A stretch of DNA of 64,000 nucleotides. Origin: an uncultured Acidobacteriota bacterium (lineage in GTDB: Bacteria > Acidobacteriota > Vicinamibacteria > Vicinamibacterales > UBA8438). The position numbers were made by a program, and so were the translations under genes. The stretch spans positions 160,001-224,000 of the forward strand of contig CAJWLU010000001.1 in assembly GCA_913043225.1 (NCBI GenBank), in the 5' to 3' direction. Under the pieces are notes generated by a model, which was given only the letters and a program-made list of their open reading frames with translations, had not been told where the DNA came from and searched no databases. Shown piece after piece: positions 47,697 to 58,497 of this stretch (its first letter is position 1; each line of letters begins with the position of its first letter).

Positions 47697-47816
47697 ATGC
47701 GGATTGCCATCGTCAACTTCAACGCCGAGCCAACCGGAGGCGCCGAGACCTATCTCCACGCGCTCCTGCCGGTCCTGGCCGGCTGCGGCAGTCGAAGAGA
47801 GGAGCAAATCTCATGA
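47697..47816 (+). pseudogene. N-terminal remnant of a GT4-type glycosyltransferase
   Basis: 39-aa ORF MRIAIVNFNAEPTGGAETYLHALLPVLAGCG...; stop overlaps next ATG. Confidence 0.7.
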
Positions 47817-48697
47817 AAATTGTGGTTAGCGGCGCGAGCGGCCTGGTTGGCACCGCGCTGGCTCGCCGATGGAGCGGCACTCACACCGTGGTCGGACTGG
47901 GCCGACAACGAACCGCCGGTGGGATTCAGTGGGACCCGGCAACCGACACCCTGGACCCGTCCGCGCTGTCCGGGGCCGATGCGGTGGTGCATCTGGCCGG
48001 AGCCGGCATCGCGGATCGGCGCTGGTCGGACTCGGTCAAACAGGACATTCGCGATAGTCGGGTACAGGGCACGTCTCTGATCGCACGGTCGATGGCCGCG
48101 GCCGAAGCGCCGCCACCAGTCCTTGTATGCGCATCGGCAATCGGCTTCTACGGCGACAGGGACGACGCGGTGCTCGACGAAGAGAGCGACCCGGGCGAGG
48201 GCTTCCTGTCCGAGGTTTCCCTGGAGTGGGAGGCAGCCGCTGATCCGGCCCGGGAAGCGGGGCTTCGCGTGGCGCACCTGCGTATCGGGATTGTACTGTC
48301 GAGACATGGAGGCGCACTGAAACAGATGCTCCTCCCGTTCCAACTCGGGGTGGGCGGCAAGCTGGGCAGTGGGGACCAGTACATGAGCTGGATCGGCCTC
48401 GAGGATCTGACCCGGATCATCGAGTACGCAATCGAGCAACCGGCCATACAGGGGGCGGTCAATGCAGTCGCCCCGACCCCGGTCACCAACGCGGAGTTCA
48501 CCCGGACACTCGGCCGCGTCCTGCGCCGCCCGACGATCTTTCCGGTGCCCGGTTTCGGTGTGCGGCTGCTCTTCGGCGAAATGGGAGACGCGCTCCTCCT
48601 GGGCAGCACGCGAGTCGTGCCTACACGGCTGTCGGCGACCGGCTTCACCTTCGAGCATGCAGATCTCGACAGCGCGCTCCGAGCCGCCCTGGCGTGA
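47813..48697 (+). CDS. TIGR01777 family NAD-dependent epimerase/oxidoreductase
   Basis: SGASGLVG, HLAGAGIA..RW, SR..GT, SAIGFYGD, GGAL..M..PF.LG.GG..GSG.Q.MSWI. Confidence 0.92.
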   Translation: MKIVVSGASGLVGTALARRWSGTHTVVGLGRQRTAGGIQWDPATDTLDPSALSGADAVVHLAGAGIADRRWSDSVKQDIRDSRVQGTSLIARSMAAAEAPPPVLVCASAIGFYGDRDDAVLDEESDPGEGFLSEVSLEWEAAADPAREAGLRVAHLRIGIVLSRHGGALKQMLLPFQLGVGGKLGSGDQYMSWIGLEDLTRIIEYAIEQPAIQGAVNAVAPTPVTNAEFTRTLGRVLRRPTIFPVPGFGVRLLFGEMGDALLLGSTRVVPTRLSATGFTFEHADLDSALRAALA

Positions 48698-48716
48698 GGT
48701 GGCGGCCGGAGAGGTG

Positions 48717-49358
48717 TCAGGTCGCAACCATCGACTCAAGCCGCTGCACAGCGCGACATACCGAGGACGGGATCGGCTGGCGGACGATGTCGCCCTGCTG
48801 CCCGTAGCGCTCGAGACGCTCGACTTCGGCCACAAGACGGGACACAAAAGCCGCTCGTGGACGATCACGATGGGAGGACAGCACGCCCTGGGGAGGGCAG
48901 GCCCACACACCAACACCGGGGTACTGCCGGCGGAACGTCGCCAGACACCGCCGCATGACGAAAGCCTTGGCGACGAGAAGCGCCGTCCGGGCGGGCCGGC
49001 CCGTCGCGCGGAGCGCCTGCATCCCGAACCGGACGTTCTCGAGCGTGTTGGTCGCCTCCGCCTCGGTCACGATCCGGCTGTCCGGTACGCCCTCGTCCAG
49101 CAGCGTATCGCGAAACACGAGCGCTTCCGGTTTCGAGAACACACCCTCGGTCCTGGGTCCGAACCGGCCCGTAACCACGATGCGCTCACCATGCCCGGCC
49201 AGAAAGAGCGCCGCCGCTCGGCGCGGCACCGCCAGATCGCGGCTGCCGAAAACAAAGATCGCGTCGCTCGGGCGGGGCCGATGAGACACGGCCAGATAAG
49301 TCCATACCGGTTCCAGCAGTTGGGCTAGCTCGGGCTCCAGAAGTTGATCGAGGGACAC
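48717..49358 (-). CDS. YdcF/DUF218 family protein
   Basis: DAIFVFGS, VTG..G, EA..F, E..ATNTLEN. Confidence 0.85.
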   Translation of the reverse strand: MSLDQLLEPELAQLLEPVWTYLAVSHRPRPSDAIFVFGSRDLAVPRRAAALFLAGHGERIVVTGRFGPRTEGVFSKPEALVFRDTLLDEGVPDSRIVTEAEATNTLENVRFGMQALRATGRPARTALLVAKAFVMRRCLATFRRQYPGVGVWACPPQGVLSSHRDRPRAAFVSRLVAEVERLERYGQQGDIVRQPIPSSVCRAVQRLESMVAT

Positions 49359-49471
49359 CGGGTGGTTCTACCACAGCCCGCGCCGCGCCCGACAAGATCG
49401 GCCAGATCAGCCCGTACGCTATGATCAAACCGACGGTGCACGTCAGGACTCCTGTACAGAACACCACGCAC

Positions 49472-51139
49472 ATGCTGAACCGTCGGCTCCAGCTCGCTGC
49501 TTACGGTCTGCTCCTGCTGGCCGTACCGAGCCCGGGCCAGACCCCTGACCAGGCGCTCACGCTGGTGACGTCCGAGGGCCGCGATCAGCTGCAGACGGTC
49601 ACCCTCGACGGCCGCCGGATGGTCGCGCTCGACCGGCTGACCGGGCCGTTCGACCTGACTATCAGTGGCGAACGCCGGGAAAACTCGCTTACCTTGTCCC
49701 GTGACGATCAGGTGATCGTGCTCACCGCAAACGAGGGGCTGGTCTCGGTCGACGGACAACTGGTCTCACTTCCCTCGCCCCCGGTCGAACAGAACGGCGC
49801 CTGGTATGTCCCGATCGACTTCATCGGACGGGCGCTGCCTCTTGTCTCAGATGAACCGCTCGAGCTGCGACGTCGCTCCGGGCTCGTGGTGATGGGAAAC
49901 ATCCGAGTGCCACAGGTCGTGGCCCGGTACCGGAGAACCGGCCAACAGGGTCGTCTCGGATTCATGGTGACGCCGGCCATCGAACCGACGATCGAGCAGC
50001 AGGACGACCGGTTTGTGATCACCTTCGACGCCGATGCACTAGACCTTGCCCCGACCAACCTGACACCGGACTCGCTCGTCGTCGGGTTGGCGGCAGACCA
50101 GAACCGCCCGGTGGTCACGGTCGAGCTCGGCGCCGAGTTCGGTTCCTACTCCTCGGTAGTGGAACCGGCGCTCGGGAACGCGATTGAACTGGTGATCGAC
50201 CTCAAGCCCGTGGCCCCGCCGCCGCCTGAGCCACCCCGGACCACGCTGCAACGCCCCGCGACACCCCCGCCGGCAGCTCAACCAGTTCCCCAGGCCCCGG
50301 CGCCGAGCGCCTCACCGGCGCCAGCCGGCGCCCCCGCGCCCCGTCCCGCCGAGGGCGACCCCGATCTGCCTGCGCTTAGCGAACTAGCGGCACCTCGGGC
50401 TATCCGAGCCATCGCGATCGATCCGGGGCACGGGGGTTCAGACACCGGCACCAGCGGTCCGGGAGGCGCACTTGAGAAGGACGTCACACTGGAGGTCGCG
50501 CGTCGGTTGCGGAATGCCATCGAGAGCCAGCTCGGGCTGCGAGTGGTCTTGACCCGCACGTCTGACACGAACGTGGCGCTCGACGAGCGCGCGGCGATCG
50601 CGAACAACAATCGCGCCGACCTATTCATCAGTCTGCATGTCAACGCGTCCGTGCGAGAAACCGCGACCGGAGCCGAGGTGTTCTACCTGAGCCTGGCGGA
50701 GTATGACGACGCGGCGCGTGATCTGTCGGCGCTGGCTGCCGAACCGATCCCGGTGGTGGGAGGAGGCTCACGAATCCTCGACATCGTGCCGTGGGAAATG
50801 GCACAGCTTCGCTACGTGGAGGAGTCGGCGCGCTGGGCCTCAACCGTGGCAGATGAGCTGAGTCTCCGGTTGCCAATGAGTCCCCGGGGTCTGCAACAAG
50901 CGCCATTCCGGGTGCTCGTGGGCGCCAACATGCCTGCTGCACTCGTGGAGCTCGGATTCATCTCGAACCCCGATCAGGAAGCCCAACTCACCTCACCGAC
51001 ATTCCAGACCGCGATCGTCAACGGCCTGCTTCGCAGCATCATCCGCTATCGCGACGAGGCGGCGCGCGGATTCATGGCGCCGATGCCCCTCGATCCGGGC
51101 ACCCCCGAGACGGCGACGCCCCCAGGACGGCTCCAGTGA
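49472..51139 (+). CDS. N-acetylmuramoyl-L-alanine amidase (Amidase_3) with Pro-rich linker
   Basis: IDPGHGG, EKD, LTR, FISLHVNA, LVELGFISN. Confidence 0.92.
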   Translation: MLNRRLQLAAYGLLLLAVPSPGQTPDQALTLVTSEGRDQLQTVTLDGRRMVALDRLTGPFDLTISGERRENSLTLSRDDQVIVLTANEGLVSVDGQLVSLPSPPVEQNGAWYVPIDFIGRALPLVSDEPLELRRRSGLVVMGNIRVPQVVARYRRTGQQGRLGFMVTPAIEPTIEQQDDRFVITFDADALDLAPTNLTPDSLVVGLAADQNRPVVTVELGAEFGSYSSVVEPALGNAIELVIDLKPVAPPPPEPPRTTLQRPATPPPAAQPVPQAPAPSASPAPAGAPAPRPAEGDPDLPALSELAAPRAIRAIAIDPGHGGSDTGTSGPGGALEKDVTLEVARRLRNAIESQLGLRVVLTRTSDTNVALDERAAIANNNRADLFISLHVNASVRETATGAEVFYLSLAEYDDAARDLSALAAEPIPVVGGGSRILDIVPWEMAQLRYVEESARWASTVADELSLRLPMSPRGLQQAPFRVLVGANMPAALVELGFISNPDQEAQLTSPTFQTAIVNGLLRSIIRYRDEAARGFMAPMPLDPGTPETATPPGRLQ

Positions 51140-51771
51140 AGCGCGAGCTCGGCATCTATCTCACCCTCGCGGTTGCCGCGGTGGCCGGGGCCTGGCTGCT
51201 CTTCGTGGGCCTGCCCCAGTGGTATGCGGAGCCGACGGCCGATGAGACCGCCGAGCCCACGGGCATGGCCACCGACGGCGAGTTCGTCGAGGCGACGCTG
51301 TTCTACATCTCTGACGACGGCATGCAGCTGGTCGGCTTCGAGCGCCGGTTGCGGCGGGAACCCAGTCTCGCATCGCAGGCCCGGCGTGTGGTTGAGGCGC
51401 AGCTCGCCGAGCCGCCGCTTCCGCTCCTCTCTCCGATACCACGCGGCACCCGACTGCACGGGCTGTATCTCACCGACCGCGGAGAGGCCTTTGTCGACCT
51501 TAGTGAGGAAGTAATGCTGGGCCACAGCGGCGGTTCGCTCGAGGAACTGTTCACGGTGTACGCGGTCGTCAACGCGATCACCGTGAACCTACCCACGATC
51601 ACCGCCGTACAGATCCTGGTCAATGGTACCGAGGTCGACACCCTGGTAGGCCACGTCGACCTACAGAACCCACTAACGGGCAACATGCGGCTGGTGGCCG
51701 ACCCCGACGACGCCCCCACTGAGGGAGAAGACCTGGCTCCCCTCTCGACGACGCCGACAACAACATCATGA
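51136..51771 (+). CDS. GerMN domain protein
   Basis: SPIP.GT.L, AFVDLS, GGS..E...[18 protein letters not shown]. Confidence 0.88.
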   Translation: MKRELGIYLTLAVAAVAGAWLLFVGLPQWYAEPTADETAEPTGMATDGEFVEATLFYISDDGMQLVGFERRLRREPSLASQARRVVEAQLAEPPLPLLSPIPRGTRLHGLYLTDRGEAFVDLSEEVMLGHSGGSLEELFTVYAVVNAITVNLPTITAVQILVNGTEVDTLVGHVDLQNPLTGNMRLVADPDDAPTEGEDLAPLSTTPTTTS

Positions 51772-52499
51772 CCACGACTCGCACCGACCGTCCAACCGAC
51801 GAGCTGCGCCCGACGACGCTGACTCCCCACTACCTCGAACATGCGGAAGGTTCGGTGCTAATTGAAGCCGGTCGTACGCGCGTGATCTGCACCGCCAGTG
51901 TCGAAGCCAAAGTACCGCCGTTCCTCCGCGGCAGCGGCAAGGGCTGGGTCACGGCCGAGTACGGGATGCTGCCTCGAGCGACCTCCACGCGTTCAGCCCG
52001 GGAGGCCAGCCGTGGCAAGCAAGGGGGGCGGACCCAGGAGATCCAGCGCCTCATCGGCCGGTCGCTCCGAGCAGTCACGCGCCTCGAATCGATTGGAGAG
52101 CGAACCATCTGGATCGACTGCGACGTGATCCAGGCCGACGGCGGTACGCGCACGGCGTCCATCACCGGGAGCTTCGTGGCCCTCGCCTTCGCGCTGCGTC
52201 AGCTAAAAGAGCGGGGCGTCATCAATCAGATTCCGCTCGACGATCACGTCGCGGCGATCAGCGTGGGAATCGTAGGCGGAGAACCGCTGCTCGACCTGGC
52301 GTATACCGAAGATGCGGGCGCAGAGGTGGACATGAACGTGGTCATGACCGGGGATGAGCGGTTCATCGAAGTGCAGGGCACGGCCGAAGGCGCCCCGTTC
52401 ACGCGTGACCAGCATGACGCGTTGCTCGGACTCGCGGCCACCGGGATCAAACACCTCGTGGGCCTCCAGCGCGATCTGATCGGCGACTTGCGGTCATGA
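51768..52499 (+). CDS. rph: Ribonuclease PH
   Basis: [50 protein letters not shown]. Confidence 0.97.
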   Translation: MTTTRTDRPTDELRPTTLTPHYLEHAEGSVLIEAGRTRVICTASVEAKVPPFLRGSGKGWVTAEYGMLPRATSTRSAREASRGKQGGRTQEIQRLIGRSLRAVTRLESIGERTIWIDCDVIQADGGTRTASITGSFVALAFALRQLKERGVINQIPLDDHVAAISVGIVGGEPLLDLAYTEDAGAEVDMNVVMTGDERFIEVQGTAEGAPFTRDQHDALLGLAATGIKHLVGLQRDLIGDLRS

Positions 52500-53128
52500 G
52501 CGCCCCCGCGCCGCTACGGTTGCTGGTGGCTACCACCAACTCCGGCAAGCGGCGTGAGATTCGCGGGATTCTCGGCGGTCTCGATCTCACCCTACTGACT
52601 CTGGCCGACTTCGCTCCAACCGCAGAACCCGAGGAAACCGGCTCGACATTCGTCGCCAACGCGCGGATCAAAGCCCTGGCCTACGCCGCCGCAACCGGCG
52701 AGCTGACGGTGGCGGAAGACTCCGGGCTGGAGATCGATGCCCTGGACGGCGAGCCCGGCGTGCGCTCCGCCCGATTCAACGGGGAGTCCTACGAGGAGAA
52801 GTTCACTACGATCCGCCGCATGCTGGCGGAGCGTGGTGTCACTAGCAGCACGGCACGGTTCGTCTGCGCGCTGGCGCTGGCCCGCGGAGACGAGATCGTC
52901 TGGGAGACAACGGGTGCCGTCGAAGGCCGGGTCGAGCTGCCGCCGCGGGGCGAGGCCGGCTTCGGCTACGACCCCATCTTCCACTACCCGCCGTATGGCT
53001 GCACGCTGGCCGAGGTGGACGGCGCGCGGAAGGCGGCGGTGAGCCACCGTGGCGCCGCGTTCCGCGCGCTCCGCGGCTATCTAGCCTCGCCTGGCGCGCC
53101 GGCGGCCTCGATCAGCGCGGCACCCTAA
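52496..53128 (+). CDS. rdgB: Non-canonical purine NTP pyrophosphatase
   Basis: ATTN.GK..E, EETG.TF..NA..KA, DSGL..DAL.G.PGV.SAR, GFGYDP.F, SHRG.A. Confidence 0.95.
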   Translation: MSAPAPLRLLVATTNSGKRREIRGILGGLDLTLLTLADFAPTAEPEETGSTFVANARIKALAYAAATGELTVAEDSGLEIDALDGEPGVRSARFNGESYEEKFTTIRRMLAERGVTSSTARFVCALALARGDEIVWETTGAVEGRVELPPRGEAGFGYDPIFHYPPYGCTLAEVDGARKAAVSHRGAAFRALRGYLASPGAPAASISAAP

Positions 53129-53397
53129 ACAGCGGTGCGGCGCCGCGCCCGGATCGCCAGCACCACCAGGTCGAAGGCGAGGTAGGGCGCCGCCAGGCTG
53201 TCACCAGCGTCCCTCCTGTTCCACACCCGTCATCGGGCCGGCCACTCACTCGTACTCCAACGCACAAGTGAGCCTGGCGTCCTCTCGAGCAAGCGGCGTA
53301 CCGGCCGGCGCTGGCCGTTCTCTCAGCGAATCCTGGGCGGGTCGGGATTCGAGCGCGGGGAATATCTCGCGCCCAAGTCAAGCCTGAAAATTTGGAG

Positions 53398-53886
53398 CTA
53401 ATGCGGCAACTTCCCTAGGGGTGCTCGACGTACGAACAGCTGGTAGAGGTGATGCGCCTCATGATGCTGCATGTACTCCACCTGGAAGTGGACGTCGAAG
53501 CGCTCGTACTGGGGATGCTGACCGGAGCGGTGCCAGGCGGCTGGTTCGAGCGTCTCGAGACGGTCGGCAAACGCCATCCGGTCCGAGAGAAACGCTTGGC
53601 GAGTCTCGGTCGCCGGGTGCGCCACAAGCTTCTCGAAGTCGGCGTCACCGTCAGGTGAGTAGGGGATGCAGGCCGGATTGTCGCGGGTCAGCATAGCCTC
53701 GATGCGGTCGTCGAACAGGCGCTGGCATCGCCACAGGTGACACACGAGCTCTCTGAGCGACCACTTTCCCGTGACGGTTCGCTGGGAAAGCTGTTCGTCA
53801 TCGAGACCGCGGGTCAGCCGCTCGACTTCGCGCCCCTGCTCCCGCAACTTCGACACCAGCGCAAGATGGGCATCATGCTTTGACAT
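53398..53886 (-). CDS. DinB family protein
   Basis: GKWS..E.VCHL, HHEAHHLYQ. Confidence 0.85.
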   Translation of the reverse strand: MSKHDAHLALVSKLREQGREVERLTRGLDDEQLSQRTVTGKWSLRELVCHLWRCQRLFDDRIEAMLTRDNPACIPYSPDGDADFEKLVAHPATETRQAFLSDRMAFADRLETLEPAAWHRSGQHPQYERFDVHFQVEYMQHHEAHHLYQLFVRRAPLGKLPH

Positions 53887-53939
53887 GGTGAGAGTATACG
53901 GCGGTCTCTCGTTCGACCGAGGTTGGTCGCCGTCTGCGT

Positions 53940-55277
53940 TCAGTCGGATTCGTGACGCACAGGAAGCTCAACTGTGAACACCGCCCCACCACCATCTCGG
54001 TTGGCGGCCCACACGCTTCCTCCGTGGAGACCGATGAGGTGCTTGGCGATTGCTAGCCCCAGCCCGGTACCACCCGGATGGCGTGTGCGAGCCCGATCGA
54101 CTCGATAGAACCGCTCGAAGACCCGGGGCAAATCTGCATCGGGGATGCCGGGGCCACGGTCGGCCACCATGATCCGGACCTGCCCTTCGCGATACGCGGC
54201 GCTCAGGTCGATGACACTGTCATCGGGGCCATAGTGCAGCGCGTTCTCGACGAGGTTTCTCACCGCGTCGTACAGCTTCACCGAATCGGCCGACAGCTGT
54301 ACAGTGGCGTTTTCCACCGAACACTCGATCCGCTGCCCCTTGCGCTCCGCTATCGTGGCCAGCTCTTCGCGAAGCGACGCGAACAACGAGGCCACCGAAC
54401 ACGAGGACACGTCGAGCGGCTCATGCCCAGCGTCCAGCCTGGCGAGCCGCAGAAGGTCGCTGACCAGCCGCTCCATGCGCGTGCTGCTCCTCGCAATGAT
54501 GTCTAGGTACCGCCGTGCATCTGGGTCAGACGTCTCATCCAGCAACGCCTCAACCCCGACCTTCACAGCGGTCAGTGGTGTGCGCAGCTCGTGAGACACA
54601 TTGGCGACGAAGTCCTGCCGTACCCGATCCGCCCGACGGAACTCGGTGACATCGTGCAGCACCAGAACAACCCCTCCGTCCTGGTCCGTGGTGAATGGTC
54701 GGGCACTGGCCAGCAGCACCCGCGGGAGGTCGGCGTTGAGGGTGACCTCATGCTGCCGTGTCTCTTCGCCGGCCGCAGCCAGCGTCAGCAGGCTCGTGAC
54801 CTCAGGGTGGCGGATCAGCTCGACATATTGGCGGCCGGTCGGCGGATCGTCGATGTCCAGCATCCGTTGCAGCGAGTCGTTGGCGGTCTGGACTCGGCCG
54901 GCGTCGTCGATGACCAGCACCCCTTCGACCATACCCTGCAAAATGGCCCTGGTGCGGCTCTGTTGGGACGACAGCTCTTCGACCCGCCGACCTAACTCTC
55001 GCGCAGTCTCGTCCAACGCGCGAGCCAGCGTGCCCAACTCGTCGCTCGCCCGGACCTGGTCCAGAGGCGCGGCCTCGCCAGCAGCGTAGCGCCGTGCGGC
55101 ACCTGCAACCGCAGCAACCCGGCGTCCCACCGACGCTGACATCATCCATGCAAGACCGATCGCGCCGGCCAAGGCAGCAAAGAGGCCGAGAACAGTCGTG
55201 TCCGTCATCGCCGACACCGAGAGGCTAAGGACGGCGACCGCCATCGAGGTAAGAAACAATCGAGTGCGGAGCTTCAC
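53940..55277 (-). CDS. phoR: Phosphate regulon sensor kinase (HAMP-PAS-HisKA-HATPase)
   Basis: DFVANVSHELRTPL, NLVENA, D.GPGI, FERFYRVD, GGTGLGL; follows phoB and pst genes. Confidence 0.9.
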   Translation of the reverse strand: MKLRTRLFLTSMAVAVLSLSVSAMTDTTVLGLFAALAGAIGLAWMMSASVGRRVAAVAGAARRYAAGEAAPLDQVRASDELGTLARALDETARELGRRVEELSSQQSRTRAILQGMVEGVLVIDDAGRVQTANDSLQRMLDIDDPPTGRQYVELIRHPEVTSLLTLAAAGEETRQHEVTLNADLPRVLLASARPFTTDQDGGVVLVLHDVTEFRRADRVRQDFVANVSHELRTPLTAVKVGVEALLDETSDPDARRYLDIIARSSTRMERLVSDLLRLARLDAGHEPLDVSSCSVASLFASLREELATIAERKGQRIECSVENATVQLSADSVKLYDAVRNLVENALHYGPDDSVIDLSAAYREGQVRIMVADRGPGIPDADLPRVFERFYRVDRARTRHPGGTGLGLAIAKHLIGLHGGSVWAANRDGGGAVFTVELPVRHESD

Positions 55278-55314
55278 GGGTCTGCCCTACTCTCCAGTTC
55301 CTCGGAGCTCGACG

Positions 55315-55998
55315 TCAGCGGGTGTCGATGAATTTGTAGCCAAACTGTTTGATCGTGACGATCTGCTGGACCAAAACAGGCAACTTCTCGCGCAGTCGGC
55401 GAACATGCACATCGACCGTGCGGGTGCCACCGGTGTATCGGTAACCCCACACATCAGACAGCAGACGGTCCCTGGAGAGCACCCGCCCCTGGTGCTCGAT
55501 GAAGTAGCGCAGCAGCAGGAATTCCTTGGCCGTCAGTCGCACTTCTTGCCCCTCGCAGGCCACCTCGTGGCTGGCGAGGTCGATTGAAATCGAACCGATG
55601 TTGACTACCTGATCGGCGGCCAACGGCTTAGTTCGGCGAAGCACCGCCTGCACCCGCGCCACGAGTTCCCTTGGACTGAACGGTTTAGTGACATAGTCGT
55701 CAGCTCCGATCTCGAACCCCGCCACCCGATCTTCCTCGTGGACCCGAGCAGTGACCATGACAATAGGCACAGCGGCCAACTCAGCGTCCGCCCGTACGAG
55801 CCGGCAGACCTCAAGCCCGCTCAATCCTGGCAGCATGACGTCGAGTACGACGAGATCCGGCCGCGCTTCGCGGAGCCTGGGGAGCACCTCGTCACCACTG
55901 GTCACCAATTCAGTCTCGAAGCCAGCTCGAACAAGATGCAGGCGAACCAATTCGGCAATATCGTGGTCGTCTTCAACAACAAGAACCTTAGCTTTCAT
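55315..55998 (-). CDS. phoB: OmpR-family response regulator PhoB
   Basis: VVEDD, LDVMLP, GADDYVTKPFS, RTVDVHVRRLREK; pst/phoU context. Confidence 0.88.
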   Translation of the reverse strand: MKAKVLVVEDDHDIAELVRLHLVRAGFETELVTSGDEVLPRLREARPDLVVLDVMLPGLSGLEVCRLVRADAELAAVPIVMVTARVHEEDRVAGFEIGADDYVTKPFSPRELVARVQAVLRRTKPLAADQVVNIGSISIDLASHEVACEGQEVRLTAKEFLLLRYFIEHQGRVLSRDRLLSDVWGYRYTGGTRTVDVHVRRLREKLPVLVQQIVTIKQFGYKFIDTR

Positions 55999-56068
55999 TG
56001 ACTCTGTTACTTCAGGAAAACCTGGCTCTTATTCTCGAACGCGACAACCCCTGTGCTATCCCTACCCC

Positions 56069-56770
56069 TTAGCTTTCGCGTACGGCATTGCCTTCCTGTC
56101 CGTGGTGACGGACGTCGAGACCAGACACGATGAAGATAGCCTCCTCGGCAATGTTGGTGGCATGGTCGCCTATGCGCTCGAGATGGCGCGAGATGAGAAT
56201 CAGATCGAGCGACTGCTCCGTCACCGACGGATCAGACAGCATGAAGCTCAGTAGCTCGCGGAACACCTGGTCTTTGAGATGATCCAGCGAGTCATCGCGA
56301 TCGAGTACCTCCTGAGCCAGGGCCATGTCTTGCCGCACATACGCGTTAAGGGCGTCGCGGAGCATCCCCTGAGCGATCTCCGCCATTCGGGGGATGTCGA
56401 TCAGTGGCTTGACGGCAGGGTGCTCAAGGTAACCCAGTGTCGCCTCGGCGATATTGACGGCGAAGTCACCGATCCGCTCTAAATCGCTGTTGATCTTGAC
56501 CCCAGACACCACCACTCGGAGATCGGTGGCCATTGGTTGTTGCAGCGCGAGCAGCTGGAAACAGCGTTCATCGATTTCGAGATGCAGCTGGTTGATCGGC
56601 GCGTCACCGGCCAGGACGCGTTCCGCCAGCGCGTAATCCCGGTCAACCAACGATTGCACCGCAGCACGCACCTGCTCTTCGGCCCCACCAGCCATCACGA
56701 GCAGGCGTTCCTTCAGGTGCTCAAGCTCTTCTTCAAAGTGCCGGCTTGCACGCGGCGCAGTGTCGGTCAA
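56069..56770 (-). CDS. phoU: Phosphate signalling protein PhoU
   Basis: QQP.ATDLR, DLERIGD, LERIGDHATNIAE; TTG start after GGAGGAG. Confidence 0.96.
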   Translation of the reverse strand: MTDTAPRASRHFEEELEHLKERLLVMAGGAEEQVRAAVQSLVDRDYALAERVLAGDAPINQLHLEIDERCFQLLALQQPMATDLRVVVSGVKINSDLERIGDFAVNIAEATLGYLEHPAVKPLIDIPRMAEIAQGMLRDALNAYVRQDMALAQEVLDRDDSLDHLKDQVFRELLSFMLSDPSVTEQSLDLILISRHLERIGDHATNIAEEAIFIVSGLDVRHHGQEGNAVRES

Positions 56771-56797
56771 AAGTCTCCTCCTCCGTCAGACCACGTC

Positions 56798-57655
56798 CTA
56801 GCCGAATCGACCGGTAACGTAGTCCTCTGTCAATTTCTCGGTCGGAGCAGTGAAGATCTGGCTAGTGCGGCCGTACTCGACAAGTTTCCCGAGCCAGAAC
56901 ACCGCCGTCCGGTCGGAAACGCGAGCCGCCTGCTGCATGTTATGGGTGACGATGATGATCGTGTACTCGCTCTTAAGCTGATACACCAACTCCTCGATGC
57001 GTTGGGTCGCAATGGGATCAAGAGCGGAGGCTGGTTCGTCCATGAGGAGGACCTCCGGCTGCACCGCCAAGGCTCGAGCGATGCACAGTCGCTGCTGCTG
57101 TCCACCGGACAGTGCGAGCGCCGACTCTCTCAGACGCTCGGACACCTCTTCCCACAGCGCCGCTGCTTTCAGGCTCGACTCGACTCGATCATCGAGCTCA
57201 GACTGTGACTCGGCCATCCCATTGATCCGAAGGCCGTACGCGACGTTGTCGTAGATGGACTTCGGAAACGGATTGGACTTCTGGAAGACCATGCCGACCC
57301 GACGCCGGAGCTCAACGACATCGGTTCCAAACCCGTAGATGTCGTCCCCATCGATCGACACCTTGCCCTCGACCCGGGCACCGGGAATGATGTCGTTCAT
57401 CCGATTCAACGTCCGGAGGAACGTGCTTTTTCCACACCCGGATGGACCGATGAGCGCGGTGACCTGATTGGCTGGGATGGCTATCGTCACCTGCTCGAGC
57501 GCCTGCTTCTGTCCGTAGAAGAAGCTGAGCTCGGTGACATCCACCTTGGTCGGCGTGTCGGCCGAACCACGCTCGGTTCCTTGCTGGGACACATCGGCCA
57601 GTGAGGGTATGGCGGCTTTCGAAGTAACCGTCGTTCCTTCGTTGGGATTCGTCAC
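56798..57655 (-). CDS. pstB: Phosphate ABC transporter ATPase
   Basis: [48 protein letters not shown] start overlaps pstA stop. Confidence 0.96.
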   Translation of the reverse strand: MTNPNEGTTVTSKAAIPSLADVSQQGTERGSADTPTKVDVTELSFFYGQKQALEQVTIAIPANQVTALIGPSGCGKSTFLRTLNRMNDIIPGARVEGKVSIDGDDIYGFGTDVVELRRRVGMVFQKSNPFPKSIYDNVAYGLRINGMAESQSELDDRVESSLKAAALWEEVSERLRESALALSGGQQQRLCIARALAVQPEVLLMDEPASALDPIATQRIEELVYQLKSEYTIIIVTHNMQQAARVSDRTAVFWLGKLVEYGRTSQIFTAPTEKLTEDYVTGRFG

Positions 57656-58497
57656 TGCTGGAACCGATCTCGCAACCACGCCGCCGTCCCGTTCATGACC
57701 AACAGCAACGCGAGCAGGACAATGATACCGGCGGCTGCGTTCTCCAGAAACGCCTCCTGGGGCCGAGACACCCAATTGAACACCTGGATGGGCAACACCG
57801 TGAAAGGGGACCACAACCCATCTGGTGCGAACGGCACGTAGGTCAGTGCACCGATGGTGATGAGCGGGGCCGTCTCTCCGATCGCCCGTGAGAGGGCCAG
57901 GATCATGCCTGTCAGCATCCCGGGAAGCGCGACCGGCAGCACCTGGTACCAGATGGTCTGCCACTTGGTAGCTCCGAGTGCATAGGAGGCCTCCCGCAGC
58001 GACGGCGACACCGCCCGGAGCGCCTCTCTCGAGGAGAGGATCACCACTGGAAGCACGAGCAGAGCCAGAGTGGCAGCACCCGCGATCACACTACGTCCGA
58101 GGGCAAGGGTGCGGACCAGCAGCCCAAGGCCCAGCAGACCATAGATAACCGAGGGCACACCGGCGAGGTTGGCGATGTTGATCTCGATCACCCGAGACCA
58201 CCCTCCGCGCTTTCCGTACTCCTCTAGATAGATGGCCGCGCCGATACCAATCGGTACCGCGAACAGCGCCGTGAGGGAAATCACCCACACGGTACCGGCC
58301 AACGCCGCGTAGACGCCCGCATTCTCGGCGCGCCGCGATGGGAAGCTCGTCAGAAACTCCCACGAAATCCGGCCCAGACCGTCCGAAAAAATGTCGACCA
58401 GCAGCGCCCCCAGCACGACCAGACCGAGCAGGGTGGCGCCAAGCCCAGCACCATGCAGCAAGTGATCCAGGAACTGGTTTCGGAGGCGACGCGTCAC
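57652..58497 (-). CDS. pstA: Phosphate ABC transporter permease
   Basis: [35 protein letters not shown]. Confidence 0.95.
   Translation of the reverse strand: MTRRLRNQFLDHLLHGAGLGATLLGLVVLGALLVDIFSDGLGRISWEFLTSFPSRRAENAGVYAALAGTVWVISLTALFAVPIGIGAAIYLEEYGKRGGWSRVIEINIANLAGVPSVIYGLLGLGLLVRTLALGRSVIAGAATLALLVLPVVILSSREALRAVSPSLREASYALGATKWQTIWYQVLPVALPGMLTGMILALSRAIGETAPLITIGALTYVPFAPDGLWSPFTVLPIQVFNWVSRPQEAFLENAAAGIIVLLALLLVMNGTAAWLRDRFQQ

Noticed and set aside
50212..50350. C-rich low-complexity tract
   Set aside because: Explained as the Pro/Ala linker of the amidase
53112..53204. Trp-rich 30-aa ORF (WWCW) as a Trp attenuator peptide
   Set aside because: It lies downstream of the hairpins, runs into rdgB and has no trp genes after it; more likely an out-of-frame deletion scar
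53338..53372. tRNA after rdgB (GGATTCGAG resembles a reversed T-loop)
   Set aside because: No cloverleaf, acceptor stem or anticodon arm could be built
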